A stretch of DNA of 64,000 bases from Lama guanicoe (lineage: Eukaryota), in assembly GCA_013239625.1 (NCBI GenBank), contig MU053934.1, forward strand, positions 4,544,399 to 4,608,398, given 5' to 3'. The notes beneath the pieces were generated by a model. It made no database searches. It saw only the letters and a program-made list of their open reading frames with translations, and was not told the DNA's origin. Each line of letters starts with the position of its first letter. The stretch's first letter is position 1. Made by a program: the position numbers and the translations under genes. Of the stretch, positions 48,351-60,913 are shown piece by piece.

Positions 48351-51300
48351 TGTTTTTTCTTTTAGGGCCAGCACTCTGTCAGCATCATCTATTTCTCTTC
48401 TTCAGCCCCTGGGGACAGAGGCACTAAGCTGACCCCACACTATAGAGGAGAATCTGGGCACAGCTGGGGTCACACTGGGGCAGAGCCTGAAGAACCACAA
48501 TGCATCCACCTTCAAAACCCCTGCTCTTAGCCACTCTGCTGCCTTTTGTGGAACTATTTTTATGTATTTTTGGTAATTTACATATGCTTAAAGACTTTTT
48601 TATGCAAAAATTCCCCACAGCTCTGAATGTTTCTGGATCAGCAGAAGCTTCAGCTCTGGTTATCCGTCCATCCTCCTCTGTGCTTACCCATCTCTGGTGC
48701 CTTCCCAAGCCTGGCCCAATTACACGTCCTAGAAATGCTACTTCAGACGTTTGAGAGAGCACCAACAATACCAAAAGCCTTTTTCTCAAGCTTTTTCCAA
48801 AGTCTGCAGGCTTTTCGAAAGTCACATCGATTGGGCGGTAGCGACAGTTGAGCCCCAGCTGTCAATGTGGCAGGCTCCCAGACCCATCCTTGGCCCTCTT
48901 CTCCATCCACGCACACTTCCTTGGTGAGCTCATCTGGTCTCACAGCTTTCAATATCCACTGTAAACTGACCACTCCCAAGTGCACCTCCCCTGCTCAAGC
49001 CACTTGTATGGACAAGGGCCTTTAACACTGAGATACCTACTCAACGCCTCCTGTTTAATATGCTCAAAGGCCAGCTCCTGATGTCCCTCCCTGGAACTGC
49101 TCCTCCAGCCTCCCCAGCTCATAGAGCTTCCTCTTCCATGTGTTCAGTGCAGAATCCTTGGAGCCATCCTTGGTTCCCTTTTCTGTCATATTTCACACCA
49201 ATCCATTGACAGATGCTGTCAGTTCTTCCTACTTCTGACCACTGCCCTCCACTTCCACTGTGGCCTCTAGTCCATGCCACTCTCGTTCTCCTGGACCATT
49301 GCCGGAGCTGCCCAAACGGCATCCCTGCTTCTACCTCAGCCCCCTCCAGTCTGTTCTCAACACCAGCAGCCATGAAATAACGATTAACATAATAACTGCT
49401 CCCACTCTACTGTGCTAGGATGTGCCAGAAACTATTCTAGGTGCTTTCTTTATATTAACTTTATTTAATCCTCACAGTAACCATACAAACTGAGTCCTAT
49501 AATTATCCTCATTTTACAGATAATGAAACTGAAGCACAGAGAAATTAAATAACCTGTCCAACATCACCCAGCTAGAAAGTGGTGAGATTGGGATCTAAAG
49601 GCCAAGGAATTCTTAAGCTTTTAAAATACAGGTCAGCTATGCGTTCTCTTATGTTCAAAACTCTCCAGAAAGTTTTCTTGTCTTTCTCAGCATAAAAGCC
49701 AGAGTCCTTATAATGACCTACCTGCCCCTGTAGAGGATTGCCTCTGCTATCTCTCCCACTCCATGTTCTGCCACTCTCCCCCTTGCTCCTGCCACACTGG
49801 CCTCCTCAATGTTCCTGAAACACATCTAGCATGTTCCTGCCTCAGGGCCTTTGCACTTGCAGTTTCCTCTGCCTGGAATGCTCTCTCCTCCTCCAAGTCT
49901 CTGCCCACGTGACACCTTCTCAATGGGATCTTCCTTAGTCATGCCTTTAAAAACAGCAGCCTCCTTCCCCACTTTATTTTCCTCCAAGGCACTTTTTACC
50001 ACTTAACATATGTTTGCTTATTTCTTTATTTTCTAGCTCTCCTCACTGAATGTACATCTCATGAGGACAGAGATCTTGTCATTGCTCTAGCCTAAATACA
50101 AAAGTCTTTGGTATATAGCAGGTAGGTGCTTAATTGAGAATTATTCAGTTAGTGAATTGACCTTTCCACCAAATCTCCACTTTTCTGTGTTCACCATCTC
50201 AGAAAAGGCATCATCAGTCTCCAATTCTCCCTAGGGGTATTAGCCCAGATTTATCTCTCCAGAAATTAAAGCATCTGCCAGATCTTATTGACTCAACTTC
50301 CTAAATATTTTTCAATCTGTCCACTTCCTACCAGCCCTTCTGCCACTTCCTTGGCTCTGTCTTTCTACAACAGATGCCTGGGATATAGGCAACAATACAC
50401 TGAGCTTGCATATTTTGAATTTTTCAGTGTCTTCTCCACCCCTACCTCGCCGCATCAATCTCCAAGTCCTCCCAACCCAGGCCCCAACCTGCTCCTCCTC
50501 CAGTGCTCACTGAAGAAAACCCTCCGCCGTCAGCCCAGCTGCCCAGGCCAGACAGCTGGGAGTCATCCTCAACTCCCCTCTCCGCCGACTCACCGCCAGT
50601 CTTTCTATTTCATCTATTTGGATATTTTAGGAAACTGACTATTTCCTTTCATCCTCATGGCCACCACTCTAGTCCCAGCCACTACCCCGTCTTATCTGGG
50701 TTTTCTCAGCAGCCTCTTAGCCCTAGTCTCCCTGCCTGGCCTGAGAAGATCTTCCAAAAATACGAGTATAGTCATGTGACTCTCTCACTTAAAGAAAGCC
50801 CCATTCTTTCCCTGCACACCCTTCCTGACTTGCTATCCCTATCCCTCTGCCCCACTCAACTTCCACCATTGCCCAATGTCCCCCAGCCCACTCCTACTTT
50901 GATCATGCTGTTCCCTTGCCCTGGAATGCCCCTTCTCTCTCCTCTGACTGCCCAATTCCTCTCCCCTCCTAGTCCCAGTTACAAGGTCACCTCCCCTGTG
51001 AAGTCTTTCCTGACCACCCCCTCCTACCTCCTCGGCACTGTATAATTACCATCTTCCCCAGGGGCTCACCCTTCCAGCCCTCATGAGCAAGGTCACCTTG
51101 GCTGAGATGATAACAGGCCAAAAAGCAGTTTGGGGGCCCAAATGGTAAAGGCCTTAGTAAGCACCTTCTGTGTATCTGGAACTGTTCCCAGAATCCTGAA
51201 GTCAAATGTTAGATGCATATGGCATCAGGAGGGGAAACAGTTCTGGGAAAGGGGAGTAGGGATGAGAAACAATATGTTTGGAGCTGGTTCTATGTTCTCC

Positions 51301-53239
51301 TGTTAAAGGCTCTGAAGATGCTATTTCATTTAATCATTCTAACATCCCTGGGAGGTAAGGATTTTAAAAACAAAGGAACTGGTGTATAAGATTTACAAAA
51401 CCAATAAAGGTAGCAGTTCAAAGCAGTGGGGGAAAGAAGAGATTATTCAATAAAAGACTTTAATGTGAAATTGGCTCTGTATTTGAAAACAATCAAGTTG
51501 GAGTCCTTACACTGCATTAAAACTCCAACTGGAGTAAACAATCATTTAAGTGATTATTTATGTGACTTTGGTAGGGGAGGTCTTTCTCAGCATAACGCAG
51601 AAGGCAGACACCAGAAAGGAAAGTCCTGAGAGATCTGACTATGCAAACGTGTAAATGTTTAGCATGTCAACAAATAAAGTTAAAATGAAAATGGAAAGCT
51701 GGGGAAAAAAATATTTCCCACATGTTAGCAGACAGAAATACAGGTTCATAATCTAAACAGATCATTCACATAGGAAGAAATATAAGTGGGCCAAAGTTCA
51801 ATTTTTCTTGTAATCACAGAAATATAAATTAAATCAAAAAAGATACCACTTTTAATTTACCAATTTATCAAACATTCATCTTGATAAAATGATAGTGTGC
51901 TGTGGGAAAATGCATCTTAAAACTGCTGATGTTAGAAACTGTCGTTCTCAGGGTTATAAGCAGCTTGCACGTTCGAAGGCAGGAGAGGGAATATGTTTGT
52001 TCTGGATCATTTTGGAAAGACCACTTCCATGGGCCCTCTTGGTCAGGCAGCTGTGAAGTAAGAGCTGCCTGCAGCTCTTGGGGAAGCCCCAAGCCAGCTG
52101 CTCTAGACTCAGGTGTTAAGTATTCTATTCCGTTATGTAAGCTGGGTCTGCTAATTAAATAACTTTTCCCCCATAATCTCGATTTTGGACTGCTCTATGC
52201 AGGAGGGAGCAGGAGCTTTAGACAGGTGGCCAGAATTTCTTCTCCCCTGGTGGGGGGGGCTGGGGAGGTCTGCCCGCTGGGCACAGAGGCTGGGGGGGCC
52301 AAGAAGAAAGCAGCCACGCAGCCTGATGGAGAATCCCAGACTGTGGACTGTGGCGGCAGTGACCTCCAGTTTAAATCTGCTTTTTGTTCTCTTTAAACCT
52401 GCAGTTAACATTTTGTCAGGTTGGTGGTAGCTGTGTTGTAGGGAATTCAGGGAGGGTATTGAGCCCAGAGGAGCCGTCCTGGGAGATGAAGCCTGAAGAT
52501 GTCACTAGATGGCGGGATGTGACCCACTTCTGGGGGTAATAGCAGTGGTCCAGAGGAAGGGAGGTGGCCGAGGTGATCAGTGGCAGCCAGGTCAGAGCAG
52601 GAAACAGGCAGCATTGCTTGGAAGTCACCTGGCAAAGCGAACCTTCAAAGGTTTGGTCTCACGGATTGACACTTAGGTGATTTTCATTTCAGCATGAAAA
52701 AGCAGAGTGGCTCAGGGGATGCAGAACTCCAGGACCCCCAGCTGCAGGTTGGAGGAAGGAGAATAGGCCTTTTTATGAGCTGGGTGACTGGAAATTGCAA
52801 TGGCAAACAAGGGGGCAACTTTCCAACTACAGCAAAAACCTTAAAAATGTGCATTCTCTGGCCCCAACAAAACCATTTCCTGGACTTAATCCTCAGGTCA
52901 AAGAAAGGTTACTGTACAACAGGATCTGTGAACCTGGATGGGAACACCTTTATTTCCAGGGACCTCTAGATGAAGTTAGCACTTCCTTCACTTATACACA
53001 TAGGCAGCAAACCACAGTAGAATTAGCCCTACCTGGGGCTTTGTCATCCACAGAATCTACAGTGTCACAGAATTCCTGAACACTCATCACCATTTCAAAG
53101 TTCCACTGGATCAGCCCTGCTACGAGATCTTGCCATTAAATGTGTTCATAAGAAGCACATCTATAACTACTACCCATTTTTTTAAGTTTCATAATAGACT
53201 TTATTTTTTAGAGCAGTTTTAGGTTTTACATAAAGATTG

Positions 53240-53862
53240 GTGATCATTTTGAAATGTACAGAAATGTCCAGTCACTATATTGTGCATCAGGAACTAACGT
53301 AGTATTGTAGGTCGATTATACTTCACAAACAACCTCATAAAAAAAGAGAGTAGAGGAGGGAAGGGTATAGCTCAGTGCTAGAGTGTGTGCTTACCATACA
53401 CGAGGTCCTGGGTTCAATCCGTAGTACCTCCATTAAATACATAAATAAACCTTATTACCTCCGCCCCCACCCCCCCCAAAAAAAATAAAAAAGAAAGAGA
53501 TCAGATTTGGGGGGGTAGGGGGTTGGAGTAACTGGATCAAGGTGGTCAAAAGTACAAACTTTCAGTTATTAGATAAATAAGTGCTAGGGATGTAATGTAC
53601 AACATGATGACTATAATCAACACTGTTGTATGTTACCTATGACAATTGTTAAGAGAGTAAATCCTAAGAGTTCTCATCACAAGGAAAGCATTGTTTTTCT
53701 ATTTCTTTTATTGTGTATCTTTATGAGGTGGTGAATGTTCACTTAACTTATTGGGGTCATCATTTCTTGATGTATGTAAATCAAATCATTATGCTGTACA
53801 CCTTAGGCTTATACAGTGCTGTATGTCAATTATATCTCACTAAAACTGGAAGAAAAACAATT
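53240..53862 (+). mobile_element. L1 3' UTR fragment interrupted by a vic-1-like SINE (about 53354-53495)
   Basis: gtcactatattgtgcatcaggaactaac...ggtcaaaagtacaaactttcagtta...gagagtaaatcctaagagttctcatcacaag...aaaactggaag. SINE head is gggtatagctcagtgctagagtgtgtgc. Confidence 0.8.
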
Positions 53863-53964
53863 AAGCAGGAAATGCAGGAAGTTCCCACATACTTTTTTTT
53901 GTCTTTCAGACCCACATACTTCTTATCTCGCTGCCCCCAGAGTTTACCCTACAGATACATAATG

Positions 53965-54645
53965 TCACGTATCCATCATTACAGTAACATATAGAATATT
54001 ACCTTGCCTTAGAAATGCCCTGTGCTTCACCTCCCTCTCTTCCTGAACCCCTGGAACCACTGATTTTTCACTATTTCTAGTTTTGCCTTTTGCAGAATGT
54101 CATACAGCTGGAATCATACAGTATGTGGCCTTTTCAGACTGGCTTCGTTACTTGGCAACATGCAGTCACGGTCCCTCCCTGTCTTTTCATGAAAGTTGAT
54201 AGCCCATTCTTCTTATCTCTGATAATATTCCATTGTCTGGATGTCCCGCAGTGTTTATCCATTCACCTAGTGAAGGACATCTTGGTTGCTTCAGTTTAGG
54301 CAATCATGAAAAAAGTTTCTACAAACATCCATGTGCAGGTTTTTGTGCGGATGTAATTTTCAACTCAGGATAAGTACTAAGGTGCACAGTTGCTGGATCA
54401 TATGGTAAGACTGTGTGTAACTGTAAGAACCACCAAACTGTCTTCCAAAGTGTCAGTGCCATTTTGCATCCCCACCAGCAATGAAGGAAAATTCCTGTTG
54501 CTCTACATCCTTGCTGGCTTTTGGTGGTGTCACTGTTTGGGATTTTAGCCACTCTAATTTGGTGTGTGGTGGTATCTCGTTGTTTAATTTGTAGTTCCCC
54601 AATGATGTGGGGGGAGCATCTTTTCATATGCCTGTTTGCCATTGC
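53965..54645 (-). mobile_element. L1 3' fragment (ORF2 C-terminus)
   Basis: ORF 54319-54642(-) [14 protein letters not shown]...LPYDPA resembles the L1 ORF2 C-terminus. Confidence 0.8.
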
Positions 54646-54963
54646 TGCTCCAGGTTTAATTATAAGCTTAGCTGATGCCTTCTGTGGGAAGGCTAACCTT
54701 TCCTACTATATCAGGTAGGCTTTGCTGTGTAACACAGTATTCCAAAGCTCATTAGCTTAAAACAAAACCACACATCTGTGGGTGTGGTGGGGTTGCAGCT
54801 GATTGTGGCTGGGTCAGGTAGGGTGGGGCTGGGTGCTTCAGGCTGCATGGCCAGGGCAGCTTTGCTTCTCACTGTGGGTTCCCTGGTCTGCTGGGGAGGC
54901 TCTGCTCCATGGGTCTCACGCTTTCTTTGGACCACTGTGGCCCAGTGAAAAAATACATTTGAT

Positions 54964-55070
54964 GGGGGTGGGCATAGCTTAGCAGTAGAGTGTGTGCTTA
55001 GTATGCACATGGTCCAGGATTCAGTCCCCAATACCTCCATTAAAAATTAATTAATTAATTAATTAAAAAA
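54964..55070 (+). mobile_element. tRNA-Ala-derived SINE (vic-1-like) with a (TTAA)n tail
   Basis: gggcatagcttagcagtagagtgtgtgcttagtatgcac...ccccaatacctcca; degenerate flanking repeat aaaaaatacatttgat / aaaaaacatattttgat. Confidence 0.75.
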
Positions 55071-57055
55071 CATATTTTGATAAATGTGTTTCAATATAAT
55101 TGGTTTCCTTTGTAAATTTTGATATATTATTTTATACATTTTACAATATTATTTTGAAAGGGGGGATTTCTCCAGGTGGCCAGAGGTATTCTTGAACAGA
55201 GAAGGTTAAGAAATCTTGGTCTACACAATGCAACCTTGAGTGTGATCCTGAGAAACAGGAAACAATGGAGACATCACGCAAGCAGAACTGACTGATTAAA
55301 CTTGATTGTGCCTTTACAATGGGATACCGTGAGGGAAATAAAAATTATACTGCAGAAGAATAATGAAATAAAACATTTAAATTATATTCAGTGGGAAAAA
55401 CAGGTTATAAAATAATATGTACAGTGATATCCAACTGTTTCCCTGCATCTCTGGGAGCCACTGACCTGCTTTTGGTCACTACAGTTTTGCCTATGATTAC
55501 TCATTAAAGAAAATAAACAATTGATGTGATGCTTAGAGAAATTAGCTAAATTGCCCAAGGTTGTCACTGCCTCTGGGAAGCCTTTTGGATTTCCACCTCT
55601 CCATCCTCTTTACTCCTTCCCACCCCTACCCCATCCAGCATGTCTGTCCTTCTATCCTGAACTCATGTGTGTTTACTAATCACTGATTCATGTTCATCTT
55701 TCTCCTCATTTGCTTCTCAAGGGCAGAGACTCCATGTTACTTAACTTTCAACCTCCAGCACCTTCTATAGCAGCAATAAGGCCATTTACGAGTACTCACT
55801 GGGTGCCAGGTGCATGCTAAATCTTTACCTATATCTACTCTATCTTCCCAGCAATCCTGAGAAAAGGATGGTACAATAACTTCCATTTAACTGATAAGGC
55901 AAAGGAAGCTCAGAGAGGTTAAGCAACTCATCTAAGGTCACACAGTAAAGGACTGAGCTGGGACTTGAATCGCGTCTCTCTGTGTCCAGAGTCGTGCATA
56001 TCTGCTCTCTAAGGGTATAATGCACAGTAGGTGCCAGGTAAGTTTTTGTTGAATGAGTGGCTGAATGGAGGGTCACAGCTAGTAGTTCTCCAGCTGAGAC
56101 TCAAACTCTGGTCTTTCTTTTTTCCATAGCCTGCTGGATGCTCAGGAAAGATAGCTCTTCTTTGTCAGTTCTTGACCATCTTCTAGCAAACTCCCCTTCC
56201 TTTGGGCCCCTGAAACCCAGGGTGGGCAGTGGGGGTCTGGGGGGCTCAGTGAAGGGTCTAGAGGGCCGGAAAGGAGAGGCCTTGTCTCCAGAAGCTGCCA
56301 GGTGGAGAAACAGCCTGCCTGGCAGATGGGCCACCTGGTGGCACTGGACTGGACTCAGGAAGGATCTGATTTCCTTGGACGCCTTGGAAGCCAGCAGCCT
56401 CCACAGACGGAGATGAGGTGCAGGTGCAGGAGGGTAGCCCCAACGGGGTCCTGGGAGTGGCTAGCCAGAGGAGTAGCCTGCACAGATACCCTCTAGAGGC
56501 TTGAGCCACAGGAGAAAAGCTAGAATGGATTTTCACAAGACAGGGTGTCAGCTGGGAGCACCACCAACCAAGGTGGGGAGCTGGAGCTAAGCCTGGGAAG
56601 GATCCTACCCTCGTTCACGCTGCTGGGTGAGGGCCAGGGCACATTTCCTCTTGTCACGCTGGGCCATTTCCGGGGGTTGGCAAGGACGAGAGGAAGCCAG
56701 ATCCACCTGGGATCCCAAGGGGCCTGGCTCACATCATGGCTGTGCCCCATTCTAGATGTCACGTCATCCCCCCTGGGCCTCAGTCTCCCTTTGTGTAATA
56801 ACAGCACCACCTTGCCTTTTACGGTTTGGATGTCTTCGCATAGTCTCCCCAGCGTGTTGTGAACCCGTGACACCCCCGTGAAGTAGGTATTACGGCTTCA
56901 CTTTAGAGAGGAAGTCACACAGCTAGGAAAGGGGCAGAACCAGGACCCAAGGAAGTGGCCCATCAAGTGCTTTTCCTGCTAAGCCCGTGGCTGCTTTTCA
57001 ACCTACGACCTCAGATATCTCTGCGTGGTCAGCTGCTGCTAACGGTGTTCACACC

Positions 57056-57443
57056 TGCATTAGCTTCCTGGGGCTGCTCTAACAGAGCACCACAAGCCTG
57101 GCTTCAACAACACAAACGCGCCGTCTCACAGTTCTGGAGGCCAGAAGTCAGGGATACAGGGAGGTTTCCTGATGACCTCTGACGTTCCCTGACTAGTAGG
57201 CGTGTGGCACCCCTGTCTGCTTTTGTGTTTACATGGCTTTCCAGAGATACATCTGTGTCCAAATTTCCCCTTCCTTATAAGGACACCAGTCACCCTGGAT
57301 TAGGGGCCTGCCCTTCTCCAATATGATGGCATCTTAATGTATTACACCTGCAATGACCTATTTCCAAATAAGGTCATGTTCTGAGGTTCTGGGGGTTAGG
57401 ACTTCATATGAATTTGGAGGGGACACAATTCAACCCGTAACAA
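57056..57443 (-). mobile_element. MaLR solo LTR (MLT1-like)
   Basis: tgcattagcttcctggggctgct...tctcacagttctggaggccagaagtc...tttccaaataaggtca...cacaattcaacccgtaaca. Confidence 0.8.
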
Positions 57444-57825
57444 CACTATTATGGAGTAGGGGGTCACAAAAACGGCCTCTGAAGCACAGGAGCTCTACTG
57501 ATTCCTAGCTGTGTGACCTCGGGCAAGTGACCTTACTTTTCTGGGCCTCAGTTTTCATGACTGTAAAATGGAGATTGTGCATATCATTGAAAGAATGGCT
57601 CCAGCTGCTGCTCTTCCAGATTCACCCTCACGTTTCTGCTGAGGTTCCAGGAATGGGCTGCTCCCAGCCAGTGACTGAACAAAGGGGACCTAATGCAGGC
57701 CGGTCCCCATAGGAGACACAGGACTCCTTTAACCAGTGACTTTGGCTAGAAGACTTTCCAGGCAACCTGGCTGACACTTTCCTAGGACTGTAGTATCTGC
57801 CATCTGAGACCCTTCTTCCTCAACC

Positions 57826-57983
57826 CCTCCTCCCACCCCCCCACTTCCCACCCCTCCAGGAGTTAGACTTTCAGACCTGCATCATAGTCTGATGGCCTAT
57901 CCCAACCTCCTCCCACCCCCCACTTCCCACCCCTCCAGGAGTTAGACTTTCAGACCTGCATCATAGTCTGATGGCCTATCCCA
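57826..57983. repeat. Near-perfect tandem duplication of about 79 bp
   Basis: cctcctcccacccccc(c)acttcccacccctccaggagttagactttcagacctgcatcatagtctgatggcctatccca occurs twice; the copies differ in the length of the C-run. Confidence 0.95.
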
Positions 57984-60410
57984 CCCAGGGGTAATGGTAA
58001 CACATTCCACAAGGGTGGTTATGACCCTGCACACAAGTAATACGTGAAAAGAACTGAGAAAAGAGCCTGGCACTTGGTAAGTGCTCAATAAAAGGTCATT
58101 CATTCACAAAACATTTATTTAGCCCCTGCTGTGTACTAAACACTGGGGATGCAGAGATGAATAAAACCTAGTCCCTGCTTTCAAAAAGGCCACAGCATCT
58201 TTGAAGAGGTAAACTGAAGTGAAGACAGCAGTGGTGCACAGAGAAACTGAGAGCACAATGTGAGGGTGAGCATTCTGGAAATGATCTTAAAGGAGTAATT
58301 CAGGAGAGGTAAAAAGCTGCAAACCTGGGGATGCCCCAGGCTCTCTCCACCACCCACACCCTGCACCCAGGATCACAGTGATCAGAATGATCATCCTCAA
58401 ATACAGATCTATCACATCGTTCCCCAACTGCCAGGCACCTGGTGGCCCCCAGACTCCTACAGTTCCCAGAGCACCATTTGTCCAGTGCCTGCCCTCTGCT
58501 CCAGCTTTGGCTAAACCTTACCAATGCTCAAGCCAGACAGACCATCGCTCCAGGCTTTAGCTGCTGCATTTTCTTTCTCTACCAACTTCTTGCTCTTGCA
58601 AGTACCTCTGCCTAGAATACCCTTCCTTTCCATGTCTTTTGACCACCTCCTATGTATCCTTCAGGCCTCAACTAAGATGTCACTTCCTCTGGGAAGCCTT
58701 CCCTGATTTCCTAAGTCAGAGGAGGTGACCCTCCTCTGGGTCTCACGTGCCAGCCCTGTCACACTGATCTGCCGGGACCTGTTTCCTCTTGTCTGTTTCC
58801 CTGCAGGACTGTGAGCTCCCTGAGGACAGAGACTGTGTTCACATTTCTACTTTTAATTTTTTATTATGAAAACTTTCAAACATACACAAAAAAGGGAGAG
58901 AATGGTAGAATGGTACCATGGCACCATGGCACCATGAAATCCCAGAACACCCAGATTACACTGATTTTGTCCTGTTGGTTCTATCTCCCCTTTTCTTTCT
59001 TTCTTTCTTTTTCTTTTTGCCTTTTGCTAAAGTACTGGAAAGCCAATCATTCCCCCCTTATGTATTTCACTGTGCTTCTCTAAGAAATTCAATAAATAGT
59101 TTTTAATCACATGAATGAATGTTGCAGAGCTGTTTCCGATAGCCCTCGACTGGAAGCAAGCTTATTAGCTACCATTTGAAAAGGAGGGGGTACCCAATCA
59201 AAGGACTCTGGTGCATCCATTAAGACGATCACTATGAAGACCACATGGCCACATGGCAACATGCTGACCAAGAAAAGAGGGAGAAGGGCAAAGGGAAGGT
59301 GAGGATGAGGATGGTGGGATGTGGGCGAATATGCTATTCTCCCTTCCAAATACCCTTTAGTGTCCTTAACATCATTTTTCCAAGTTGTTATCTGCAAACC
59401 AGACTCCCTGCAGGGCTGTGTGTGAGGCTAAACAAAGGACTGATGGAATTTGCCTGCTCTGTGGGAAGCTGGCTGGAGGCACAGAAGGCCTTGCTGCAGA
59501 CCTTATGACCAGGGGTGGTTCCAACCTCAGGCACAGCCCTTCCCAGTTTCCAGGAGGTGGCCTACGAGCTGCATGGCTGTTTGTTCCTCTGCTGTCAGGG
59601 GTTTGGAAAGGCCATGGTGTGGTGGTATGGAGTTACCCAATGTCCTGGGCCATGTGTGCGCTGCACAGTTCATCGGGGCCCTCGAACATGCCAGGTGGCC
59701 TGTCCATCTGGGTGCCCAGAGCTGGCTCTGGCTGTTTAAACAGTTACACAGGTCAGTACCTGTGATATCTTTGTTCCTCCAGCAGAAGCATGTCTTAGAT
59801 TGATTGCAAAACCCAGTGTGACCCAGAGGCTGTCCTGGAGAAAACAGGACTCACTTTACAGCTTGGTTCCCGGGCACACTGTCCCCAGAGGAGAAGGGGG
59901 CCTGCCCACAGCAGACTTCCTTGTATCCACTCTCACCCTCTGGGAGCTCAGTGTCCTGCAAACAGGAGGCATTGACTTATTGCTTGTTCTTCCAAGTGCA
60001 TGCTGAGCCCAGTATCTTCTTGCTCCCTGGAAAAAATCAAACCCAAGGAATTTTGGAAGGAGGACCCATCACAGGGCATTGGTTAGGGGGTCAAGGGTGG
60101 AAAGAGGTGTTTGAGAGAGGGGTGTCTAGAAGCCCCAAGTCGCAGTCTCAGCTTCCCTGCAAGTCACTTGGGGACCTTGGGACTGCCTGCCCCCCAACTG
60201 CCTCATCTACCAATATATCCACTCATCTCTATCTGACTCCTCAACCAATTTGATGCCATACACATTCCCCTAGCAGCTTCCCTGGAGCCTGTGAGGAGAC
60301 CCAGCGCCGAATTGCCATAATTCCTGGCTTCGGAAAGATCACTTCAAACAACAACTATGGTTTTTTAAATGATCAAAAATGACTGAGGGAGCGATTCTTG
60401 GTAAGGGAAT

Positions 60411-60913
60411 TGATGTGGTTCAGGGCAGGCTGCCCCCAAATATGCTGCTTTGGCATATTGATTACTTTGAATTAAAGTTTCTTGAGAAATAGCCAGTACA
60501 GGAAGGACACCCTTACCTTCCCTCATCCCCCTGAAAGCAGGAAATAAACATTCCGTGTGAAGATATCCTCCTTGGACCAGGAGGATAGGAGGCATCCTTA
60601 TCACCAACAATAGGAAATTTAAGGCCTCAAGGCCAAGAAAGAAGTATATACAAACTTCGCTTCTTCATTAATTTGCTACCCCGAGCAAAAACCCTTTCGT
60701 TTTGTCAAATCCTTACAAATAATTATCTGTCTAAAAGGTGTAAAAGCTGCCTGCTTTGGTCACTTCTTTGCACCTCATATGTCTGGGTCTCCCATATGTA
60801 TTAAATCAAATGATTGTTTTTCTCCTGTTGATCCATCTTATGCCAATTTAATTATATTAGACCAGCCAAAAAGAACCTAGAAGGGTAGAGGAAAAAAGTT
60901 TTCCTCCCCTACA
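60411..60913 (+). mobile_element. ERV1-type solo LTR (MER34/MER39-like), beside a minus-strand MER21-like LTR remnant extending to about 61230
   Basis: TG...CA termini with a 4-bp target-site duplication GAAT at 60407-60410 and 60914-60917; internal ccccaaatatgc...ttggcatattgattactttga motif. Confidence 0.75.

Larger units (their letters stand above)
48621..60253 (+). pseudogene. Candidate decayed multi-exon protein-coding gene, unidentified
   Basis: Non-repeat islands bounded by AG/GT whose phases chain: 51062-51144, 51952-52057, 52405-52590, 52897-52974, 56130-56221, 56292-56417, 56544-56626, 59128-59298 and 59414 onward. A further candidate exon lies at 48621-48837. The joined frame is mostly open with scattered stops. 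Assembled by eye; no homology confirmed. Confidence 0.45.

Noticed and set aside
50374..50426. Small phase-bridging exon (DAWDIGNNTLSLHILNFS) for the candidate pseudogene
   Set aside because: It lies within L2-like sequence and has a very weak donor, so the phase fit is probably coincidental.
7432..55070. tRNA-Ala-like sequences as tRNA genes, and the fact that all six copies noticed are on the + strand
   Set aside because: Degenerate stems and A-rich tails mark them as SINEs. Six copies at five sites is too few to claim an orientation bias.
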